From the NCBI GenBank assembly GCA_958296175.1, contig OY282448.1, positions 1,584,012-1,648,011 on the forward strand: a stretch of 64,000 nt of DNA. The letters are read 5' to 3'. The position numbers and the translations under genes are program-made. This stretch comes from an uncultured Chloroflexota bacterium (lineage in GTDB: Bacteria; Chloroflexota; UBA11872). Numbering within the stretch: the stretch's first letter is position 1; the number at the start of each line of letters is the position of its first letter. Of the stretch, positions 17,814-25,599 are shown piece after piece. The notes below the pieces were generated by a model, which was not told the origin of the DNA, searched no databases, and saw nothing but the letters and a program-made list of their open reading frames with translations.

Positions 17814-19031
17814 ATGGCCGACGCCGGCCCCTTCCTCCAAGCCGCCCAGAGCGTGGCCAGCAGCATCGCCGCGCTGGCGCGGCCCGCCGTGGGCGGCGCC
17901 CGCTGGCAAACCCGCAGCTACACCGGCCAGCCGCACTACTCCACCGCCGTCTTCGGCGGAACCGCCGGCGTCGTCTTCCTGTTCGCCGACCTGGCGCGTC
18001 TGACGGGCGACCCGTCCCCCCGCGAAATCGGCGAGGCCGCCGCCATGTGGGTGGACGCCGCCTCCAAACCCGACCTCACGTCCCGCCAGGCCGACCCCAG
18101 CCTGTACTTCGGGATCGCCGGGCACGGGCAGATGTGCCTGCTCCTGTACGAAGCCACCGGCCGCGAGCGCTGGCTGCGGGACGCGCGCGCCCGCGCCCGC
18201 GCGCTGGCCCGCGCCCAGTTCCCGGACGCCCACGTCATGAGCGGCGCCGCCGGCTGCGCAATCTTCCTGCTGCGCCTGCATCAGGCCGCGCCCAGCGACA
18301 GCCTGCTGGACGCCGCGGTGCGCGCCGGCCAATACATCCAGCAGACCGCCGCGCGCGATCAGCAGGGCGCCCGCTGGATCTGGCGGCGGCCCGACGGCGA
18401 GTTCTTCGCGTCCGGCTTTGCGCACGGCGCCAGCGGCATCGCCTACGCGCTGGCCGAACTCTGGCGCTTCACCGGCGACCCGGCCTACCGCGCGCTGGCG
18501 CTGGAGGCGCAGGCCTGGCTCGAAGCCACCGCCATCCAAACCCCCTGGGGCATCGGCTGGGGCCGCTGGCCAGACGACCATCACCGCCCGCGCGTGCAGT
18601 GGTGCCACGGCCCGCCCGGCGTCGGCCTGTTCGCCGCCCGCGCCGCCGAAATCTTCCACGACGCCGCGCTGCTGGACCTGGCCGTCCGCTGCGCCGAGAC
18701 CGTGCGCGCCGCCGCCGACCTGCGCCGCAACCCCAGCCAGTGCCACGGCCTGGCCGGCAACGCCGAGCTGTTCGTCGAGCTGGCGCGCGCCGCCGGTGAC
18801 GACCAATGGCTCGCGCAGGCGCGCGCGTTCGGCCAGGCCGCCTTGGCCTACCGCAGCGCCAGCGGCGGCGTCACCAGCTGGCAGGGCGACGAGCCAGACA
18901 ACGACAGCCCGGACTTTATGCTGGGCCCGGCCGGCGTGGGCCACTTCTTCCTGCGGCTGGTTCGCCCCCACGCCGTGGCCATGCCGCTGATGGTTGCGCC
19001 CCCGCCGGCCGTGGAGGAGGAACAGACGTGA
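17814..19031 (+). CDS. Stand-alone LanC-like (lanthionine synthetase C-like) protein
   Basis: Repeated GxxG helices with GFAHGASG, WCHGPPG and QCHGLAG motifs. Start set at ATG 17814. Confidence 0.85.
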   Translation: MADAGPFLQAAQSVASSIAALARPAVGGARWQTRSYTGQPHYSTAVFGGTAGVVFLFADLARLTGDPSPREIGEAAAMWVDAASKPDLTSRQADPSLYFGIAGHGQMCLLLYEATGRERWLRDARARARALARAQFPDAHVMSGAAGCAIFLLRLHQAAPSDSLLDAAVRAGQYIQQTAARDQQGARWIWRRPDGEFFASGFAHGASGIAYALAELWRFTGDPAYRALALEAQAWLEATAIQTPWGIGWGRWPDDHHRPRVQWCHGPPGVGLFAARAAEIFHDAALLDLAVRCAETVRAAADLRRNPSQCHGLAGNAELFVELARAAGDDQWLAQARAFGQAALAYRSASGGVTSWQGDEPDNDSPDFMLGPAGVGHFFLRLVRPHAVAMPLMVAPPPAVEEEQT

Positions 19032-20056
19032 GCACACCGCCGGTTCGTCTGGGCATGCTGGGCGCGCGCCATTCCCACGCGCCCGGCAAACTCCGCTGGC
19101 TGCGCGACCTGGCGTCGATCGACCTGGCCGGCGTCTACGAACCCTGCGCCCAGGCGCGCGCCGCCAACGAAGCCGAGCCAAATTCCGCCGGCGTTCCCTA
19201 CGTGGACGACCTCGGCCAGCTGCTGGACGACCCCGCCCTGCTCGGCATCGTCATCGGCGGCGCCGAACGCCAGAACCCGCCCTACGCCCGCCTGGCCCTG
19301 CAGGCAGGCAAACACGTCCTGATGGAAAAAGCCTGCGGCTGGACGCGCGCCCACGTGGACGAGCTGACCGGACGCGCCGAACGCGCAGGCCTGCTCTTTC
19401 AGATGGGCTACAACAACCGCCTCACGCCGCACGTCCGCCGCGTGCTGGACATGCAGGCCCGCGGCGAGTTCGGCGGCGTCTTTCGCGTGCGCGCCCACAT
19501 GTCCAGCGCCTACCAGCCCAACGCCGACCGCTATGTGGACGGCAGCGCCTATTTCAGCGGCGGCATCTTTTACAACCTGGGCAGCCACGCGCTGGACCTG
19601 GTCATGGCCGTGCTCGGAACTCCCCAGCGCGTGCATCCCTTCCTGCGCTGCGACCGCTTTCGAGACTCCGGCTACGTGGACAACGCCACGGTGGTGCTGG
19701 AATACCCGCGCGCCGCAGCCACGCTGGAAGTCAGCCACCTGGAGACCGAACAGATTCGCCCGCGCAGCTTCGAGGTCTACGGCTCAGCCGCGCAGGCCGT
19801 CGTCTCGCCCTGGGCCGCCATCGGCGACCGCGCGCCAGCCGTGGCCGTGCATCTGGGCGGCGTCGGCGCCGGCGCCGACGGCTGGCGGGTCTACGGCAGC
19901 GGCCGCGAACGCCCCTTCGCCGACGACGTCGAAGCCTTCGCCGCCTGCATCCGCGGCGACCGCCAGCCCCGCTTCACCTACGCCCACGACCGCGCCGTCC
20001 ACCACACCCTCATGGACATCTGCGGCGAATCCGACGTGGAAGAAGCAGCCGTATAG
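19028..20056 (+). CDS. Gfo/Idh/MocA family oxidoreductase
   Basis: GKHVLMEKA and GGIFYNLGSHALD motifs. GTGA overlap with the LanC-like gene. Confidence 0.85.
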   Translation: MSTPPVRLGMLGARHSHAPGKLRWLRDLASIDLAGVYEPCAQARAANEAEPNSAGVPYVDDLGQLLDDPALLGIVIGGAERQNPPYARLALQAGKHVLMEKACGWTRAHVDELTGRAERAGLLFQMGYNNRLTPHVRRVLDMQARGEFGGVFRVRAHMSSAYQPNADRYVDGSAYFSGGIFYNLGSHALDLVMAVLGTPQRVHPFLRCDRFRDSGYVDNATVVLEYPRAAATLEVSHLETEQIRPRSFEVYGSAAQAVVSPWAAIGDRAPAVAVHLGGVGAGADGWRVYGSGRERPFADDVEAFAACIRGDRQPRFTYAHDRAVHHTLMDICGESDVEEAAV

Positions 20057-20100
20057 CCGTTCGTGACCTCCGCCGCACTCGGGAATCCAGAGTTGGTACC

Positions 20101-20128
20101 TTGACCTACCTCGTGTTGTCGTTACAAT
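20101..20128 (+). promoter_or_regulatory. Sigma70-like promoter of brnT (likely leaderless mRNA)
   Basis: TTGACC-N16-TACAAT ending 4 nt before GTG 20133; no RBS. Confidence 0.65.
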
Positions 20129-20132
20129 ATCC

Positions 20133-20441
20133 GTGATTGAATACGAGTGGGACGAAGCAAAGCGACAGTCCAACGCGCTCAAGCACGGGGTCGGCTTCGT
20201 AGCCATCGAAGAGTTCGAGTGGGAAACCGCGCTGGTCGAACCCGTTGAGCGCCACGGTGAGCGGCGGTACACCGCCGCCGGCTATGTCGGTGCCCGCGTC
20301 CATGTGGTCGTGTTCACGGAGCGGCTCGAACGGATTCGGGTCATCAGCCTGCGTCGAGCCAACCAACGGGAGGTGCGGAGATATGCCGAAGCTCGAGCCG
20401 GACCACCTCGCCCCCACGCTCGAGGAAGACGCGGCAATTGA
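20133..20441 (+). CDS. brnT: BrnT family toxin (type II TA)
   Basis: YEWDEAKRQSNALKHGVGF...ERRY...VVVFTER...IRVISLRRANQREVRRY. Confidence 0.9.
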   Translation: MIEYEWDEAKRQSNALKHGVGFVAIEEFEWETALVEPVERHGERRYTAAGYVGARVHVVVFTERLERIRVISLRRANQREVRRYAEARAGPPRPHARGRRGN

Positions 20442-20690
20442 CGCCGCCATCGCCGCCGACCCCGAGGCCTGCGAGCTGGACGACGCCTGGTTCCAACGCG
20501 CCCGCCCCGCCAGTGAGGTCCTGCCCCACGTCGTGCAGCGCTACCGGCGCACGCGCGGCAAGCAGCGAGGTCTCGCGAAGACGCCCGTCGCGCTGCGGCG
20601 CGACGCTGACATCGCGGCCCACGTCTGAGCCAGCGGCAAAGGTTTGGCAAACACGCCTGAACGACGCCCAGCGCCGCGTCGCAGGTGCGC
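20383..20690 (+). pseudogene. brnA: BrnA family antitoxin truncated by a nonsense codon and a +1 frameshift
   Basis: MPKLEP...EEDAAIDAAIAADP...WFQRARP...RGKQ...DADIAAHV then TGA at 20626-20628. The expected continuation ASGKG/WQTRLNDA follows, split by an extra T in GGTTTGG. Confidence 0.8.
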
Positions 20691-20843
20691 ACCGGCCAGA
20701 CGCTGACGGCTCGGTCCCCGCTGACCGCGGGGATTCGTCGCCGACCGCGAGGGTGCCGTCTTCGCGCCCGGCGCCAAATCCCGCTGCGCCGCTCCAGGTT
20801 CGGTGCAGCCGCTGGGCGCGCAGCGGGAGAAGGCGGTCCCAGG

Positions 20844-22259
20844 TCAGCGCATGGAACGCCGGGCGCGCTTCCACAATGACAGCTCGGTCGTCACCAGCAG
20901 CATCGGAACGAAGGCGATGAACGTCAGCGCAAGCGCGGTGTCCGCCAGCAGCACTGGCCACCGCCAACCGGAGGTCACGAGCCTCCAGAGCGCCCGCAGC
21001 TTGCCCCAGGTAGGCGCCGGCGGGCCGTAGGCCAAGAACTCCAAATCCTGATCCGGCTGCGTTGGCGCGCCGCTGGACCAGAGTCGACCGTCCGTATACC
21101 GATCGTCTTTCATCGCCCGGAAGCTCAGCCGGCCTTCTGGCGCGCCGTCATTGACCAGCTGGAGCGCAAGCCGACGTCCTTCAGCGCCGCTGAGCGGCGG
21201 CGCGATGTCAATGGACACCGCGGCCAAGGACAGGTCGTCGCGTGCGGGAATCCCAATGCGCCCCTCACGGAGGATGTCGCCTGTCCCAGCCCCAGTTCCG
21301 TCGATGACGCGCCAAATCGCTGTTCCCGCGCGGCCATTCGAGCCGCGCACGGCGCTGTGGAGGTGGAGTCGATCGACCGGGGCAGGAAGACGAAACTCTT
21401 GGGCAATGGAGTGTCCAGCGTATATCCATGTCGCATAGACGCCAACATTCGAGTTCGCACGCGCGTCGATGACTGGCGGCCGATAAACGAGCGCGGTGAA
21501 GAGCCCGCCGCAAACGCCCACAATGACGAGCGCGGCTAGCGCCGACGCAGCGACCCGGCGGACCCCCAGGAACGGACCCCCGCGCAAGACCGCAACCGCG
21601 CTCGATCCAACGAGCAGCGCCCCGCCGAACTCCAGCGTCTCTTCCAGCAATGCCTCCAGCTCCGCAGCCTCCGTGGCCACGGCGTGAAACACGAAAGGTT
21701 TGAGCATTTCGTTTCCAAGAGCGAGCAGCCATGAGGCAACGCCGATGACGAGCAGGGCGCGAGCCTCTCGCACATGCAGACCCTTGTATACGAACCCTGC
21801 GGCGGCCAACACGAACAGTGCGACCAGCGGACTTGCCGCGATCGGCCAGAGATACGGATTCTGAATACCGAACACACTCGCGATTACTTTAACCCCAAAT
21901 GTGACGTGAAATTCCGATATTTCTTCCCACGCCAGATAGGCGGAGGTTATGGCTACGATCGTCCATCCGCCAACGGCGAACCGGCCGTCTCCGCGGCGAT
22001 AGCTGGCGGCGGCGGTTCCCAGCGTCAGGAGCGCGGCGGTCGCCAGCGCCGTGGCGGAAACGGCGTTGGCGGCGCTTCCCTCCAAGTCTGGATTGAGATG
22101 CCACGGGATGGCGCCGGAAGGCAGCCACTGGGGGAACGCCAAACTGACCAGCCGCGGAATGACGACGGCGCTCCACCAGAAAGCCATCAGGCTTGGAAGC
22201 ATGACGCGTCCCAGCAAGGCAAGCGGGCGCTCCAGCTGGACGGTTTGCAGCAGCGTCAT
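20844..22259 (-). CDS. Multi-pass membrane protein, tandem copy 1 (unknown function)
   Basis: Several hydrophobic helices with WEEIS.FH and EETLEFGG motifs, a soluble beta-rich domain and a C-terminal TM helix. Near-identical to the next two genes. Confidence 0.8.
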   Translation of the reverse strand: MTLLQTVQLERPLALLGRVMLPSLMAFWWSAVVIPRLVSLAFPQWLPSGAIPWHLNPDLEGSAANAVSATALATAALLTLGTAAASYRRGDGRFAVGGWTIVAITSAYLAWEEISEFHVTFGVKVIASVFGIQNPYLWPIAASPLVALFVLAAAGFVYKGLHVREARALLVIGVASWLLALGNEMLKPFVFHAVATEAAELEALLEETLEFGGALLVGSSAVAVLRGGPFLGVRRVAASALAALVIVGVCGGLFTALVYRPPVIDARANSNVGVYATWIYAGHSIAQEFRLPAPVDRLHLHSAVRGSNGRAGTAIWRVIDGTGAGTGDILREGRIGIPARDDLSLAAVSIDIAPPLSGAEGRRLALQLVNDGAPEGRLSFRAMKDDRYTDGRLWSSGAPTQPDQDLEFLAYGPPAPTWGKLRALWRLVTSGWRWPVLLADTALALTFIAFVPMLLVTTELSLWKRARRSMR

Positions 22260-22410
22260 GCGTCGTCGGCCTTCGTGCACCCAGACCCGCGCAGCGGCCG
22301 GTGGTTCCGCCGACGCGGTGAACGAGATGCTACCAAGGCCATCGGCATCGGTCAGACCTGCGCGCGTGGAAGCGGCGGGACCCGCGCCCTCGGTCGGTCA
22401 CGTCGCCGCG

Positions 22411-23859
22411 CTACTCCCGGCGCCAACGTGCAGGGCGCCGGGCGCGCTTCCACAATGACAGCTCGTTCGCCGCGAGCAGGACTGGGACAAAGGTTATGAG
22501 CGTCAAGTCGACGGCGGCGGCCGCCAGCAGCACCGGCCACCGCCAACCGGAAGTTACGAGCCGCCAGAGTGTCCGCAGTTTGCTCGATGTGGGGTCTGGA
22601 GGCCCATAGGCAACGAATTCCAGGTCCTGATCCGGCGAGGTCGGCGCGCCGTTGAACCAGAGTCGACCGTCCGCATACCGATCGTCTTTCACCGCCTGGA
22701 AGCTCAGCCGTTCTTCCGGCGCGCCGTCGTTGACCAGCTGGAGCGCAAGCCGACGTCCTTCAGCGCCGCTGAGCGGCGGCGCGATGTCGATGGTCACCGC
22801 GGCCAAGTACATGTCGTCGCGCGCGGGAATCGCGGGAATCCCAATGCGCCCCTCGCGGAGGATGTCGCCTGTCCCAGCCCCAGTTCCGTCGATGATGCGC
22901 CAAATCGCCGTTCCCGCGCGGCCGTCCGAGCCGTGGACGGCGCCGCTGAGTTCGAGTCGATCGACCGGGGCAGGAAGACGAAACTCTTGGACGATGGAGT
23001 GTCCAGCGTATATCCATGTCGTATAGACGCCAATATCCGAGTTCGCACGCGCGTCGATGACTGGCGGTCGATAAACGAGTGCGGTGAAGAGCCCGCCGCA
23101 AACGCCCACGATGACGAGCGCGGCTAGCGCCGACGCAGCGATCCGGCGAATCCCAGGGCCGGCGGACTCCTTCCTCTGCGCGCGCAAGGCCGCAACCGCG
23201 CTCGACCCAACGAGCAGCGCCCCGCCGAACTCCAGCGTCTCTTCCAGCAATACCTCCAGCTCCCCAGCCTCCGTGGCCACGGCGCGAAACACGAAAGGGT
23301 TGAGCATTTCGTTTCCAAGAGCGAGCAGCCATGCGGCAACGCCGATGACGAGCAGGGCGCGAGCCTCTCGCACATGCAGACCCTTGTATACGAACCCTGC
23401 GGCGGCCAACACGAACAGTGCGACCAGCGGACTTGCCGCGATCGGCCAGAGCTGTGAGTTCTGAATACCGAACACACTCGCGATTACCTTACGCCCAAAT
23501 GTGACGTGAAATCCCGATATTTCTTCCCACGCCAGATAGGCGGAGGTTATGGCCACGATCGTCCATCCGCCGACGGCGAACCTGCCGTCCCCGCGGCGAT
23601 GACTGGCGGCGGCGGCTCCCAGCGTCAGGAGCGCGGCGGTCGCCAGCGCCGCGGCGGAAACGGCGTTGGCGGCGCTTCCCTCCTTGTCTGGATTGAGATG
23701 CCACGGGATGGCGCCGGAAGGCAGCCACTGGGGGAACGCCAAACTGACCAGCCGCGGAACGACGACGGCGCTCCACCAAAATGCCATCAGGCTTGGAAGC
23801 AGGACGCGGCCCAGCAAGGCAAGCGGGCGCTCCAGCTGGACGGTTTGCAGCAGCGTCAT
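22411..23859 (-). CDS. Multi-pass membrane protein, tandem copy 2
   Basis: Paralog of copy 1 with a 9-bp duplication (IPAIPA). Confidence 0.8.
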   Translation of the reverse strand: MTLLQTVQLERPLALLGRVLLPSLMAFWWSAVVVPRLVSLAFPQWLPSGAIPWHLNPDKEGSAANAVSAAALATAALLTLGAAAASHRRGDGRFAVGGWTIVAITSAYLAWEEISGFHVTFGRKVIASVFGIQNSQLWPIAASPLVALFVLAAAGFVYKGLHVREARALLVIGVAAWLLALGNEMLNPFVFRAVATEAGELEVLLEETLEFGGALLVGSSAVAALRAQRKESAGPGIRRIAASALAALVIVGVCGGLFTALVYRPPVIDARANSDIGVYTTWIYAGHSIVQEFRLPAPVDRLELSGAVHGSDGRAGTAIWRIIDGTGAGTGDILREGRIGIPAIPARDDMYLAAVTIDIAPPLSGAEGRRLALQLVNDGAPEERLSFQAVKDDRYADGRLWFNGAPTSPDQDLEFVAYGPPDPTSSKLRTLWRLVTSGWRWPVLLAAAAVDLTLITFVPVLLAANELSLWKRARRPARWRRE

Positions 23860-24010
23860 GCGTCGTCGGCCTTCGTGCACCCAGACCCGCGCAGCGGCCG
23901 GTGGTTCCGCCGACGCGGTGAACGAGATGCTACCAAGGCCATCGGCATCGGTCAGACTTGCGTATGTGGAGGCGGCGGGACCCGCGCCCTCGGGCGGTCA
24001 CAGCGCCGCG

Positions 24011-25507
24011 CTACTCCCGGCGCCAACGTGCAGGGCGCCGGGCGCGCTTCCACAATGACAGCTCGGTCGTCACGAGCAGGACTGGGACAAAGGCGATGAA
24101 CGTCAGCGCAAGCGAGGTGTCCGCCAGCAGCACCGGCCACCGCCAACTGGAAGTTACGAGCCGCCAGAGTGTCCGCAGTTTGCTCGATGTGGGGTCTGGA
24201 GTCCCATAGGCAACGAATTCCAGGTCCTGGTCCGGCGAGGTCGGCGCGCCGTTGGACCAGAGTCGACCGTCCGCATACCGATCGTCTTTCACCGCCTGGA
24301 AGCTCAGCCGTTCTTCCGGCGCGCCGTCGTTGACCAGCTGGAGCGCAAGCCGACGTCCTTCAGCGTCGCTGAGCGGCGGCGCGATGTCGATGAGCACCGG
24401 GGCCAAGTGCAGGTCGTCGCGCGCGGGAATCCCAATGCGCCCCTCACGGAGGATGTCGCCTGTCCCAGCCCCAGTTCCGTCGAGGATGCGCCAAATCGCC
24501 GTTCCCGCGCGGCCGTCCGAGCTGTGGACGGCGACGCTGAGTTCGAGTCGATCGACCGGGGCAGGAAGACGAAACTCTTGGGCGATGGAGTGTCCAGCGT
24601 ATATCCATGTCGCATAGACGCCAATATCCGAGTTCGCACGCGCGTCGATGACTGGCGGTCGATAAACGAGTGCGGTGAAGAGCCCGCCGCAAACGCCCAC
24701 GATGACGAGCGCGGCTAGCGCCGACGCAGCGATCCGGCGAATCCCAGGGCCGGCGGACTCCTTCCCCTGCGGGCACAAGGTTACACTTGACATAATTCGG
24801 GGGGCGTTGGTCGACTCCTTCCTCTGCGCGCGCAAGGCCGCAACCGCGCTCGACCCAACGAGCAGCGCCCCGCCGAACTCCAGCGTCTCTTCCATCAATG
24901 TTGCCAGCTCCCCAGCCTTCGTGGCCACGGCTTGAAACACGAAAGGGTTGAGCATTTCGTTTCCAAGAGCGAGCAGCCATGCGGCAACGCCGATGACGAG
25001 CAGGGCGCGAGCCTCTCGCACATGCAGACCCTTGTATACGAACCCTGCGGCGGCCAACACGAACAGTGCGACCAGCGGACTTGCCACGATCGGCCAGAGA
25101 TACAGATTCTGAATACCGAACACACTCGCGATTACCTTACGCCCAAAGTTGACGTGAAACTCCGATATTTCTTCCCATGCCAGATAGGCGGAGGTTATGG
25201 CTACGATCGTCCATCCGCCGACGGCGAACCGGCCGTCCCCGCGGCGATGACTGGCGGCGGCGGCTCCCAGCGTCAGGAGCGCGGCGGTCGCCAGCGCCGC
25301 GGCGGAAACGGCGTTGGCGGCGCTTCCCTCAAAGTCTGGATTCAGATGCCACGGGATGGCGCCGGGAGGCAGCCAGTGAGGGAACGCCAAACTGACCAGC
25401 CGTCGAATGAAGACGGCGCTCCACCAGAAAGCCATCAGGCTTGGAAGCACGACGCGGCCCAGCAAAGCAAGCGGGCGCTCCAGCTGGACGGTTTGCAGCA
25501 GCGTCAT
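24011..25507 (-). CDS. Multi-pass membrane protein, tandem copy 3
   Basis: Paralog of copy 1 with a 57-bp in-frame extra segment relative to copy 2. Confidence 0.8.
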   Translation of the reverse strand: MTLLQTVQLERPLALLGRVVLPSLMAFWWSAVFIRRLVSLAFPHWLPPGAIPWHLNPDFEGSAANAVSAAALATAALLTLGAAAASHRRGDGRFAVGGWTIVAITSAYLAWEEISEFHVNFGRKVIASVFGIQNLYLWPIVASPLVALFVLAAAGFVYKGLHVREARALLVIGVAAWLLALGNEMLNPFVFQAVATKAGELATLMEETLEFGGALLVGSSAVAALRAQRKESTNAPRIMSSVTLCPQGKESAGPGIRRIAASALAALVIVGVCGGLFTALVYRPPVIDARANSDIGVYATWIYAGHSIAQEFRLPAPVDRLELSVAVHSSDGRAGTAIWRILDGTGAGTGDILREGRIGIPARDDLHLAPVLIDIAPPLSDAEGRRLALQLVNDGAPEERLSFQAVKDDRYADGRLWSNGAPTSPDQDLEFVAYGTPDPTSSKLRTLWRLVTSSWRWPVLLADTSLALTFIAFVPVLLVTTELSLWKRARRPARWRRE

Positions 25508-25599
25508 GTGTCGTCAGTCTTAGTGCAACCGGACCCGCGCAGCGGCCGGTGATTCTGCCGACTCGGTGAACGAGATGCTACCAAGGCCATCGGCATCGG

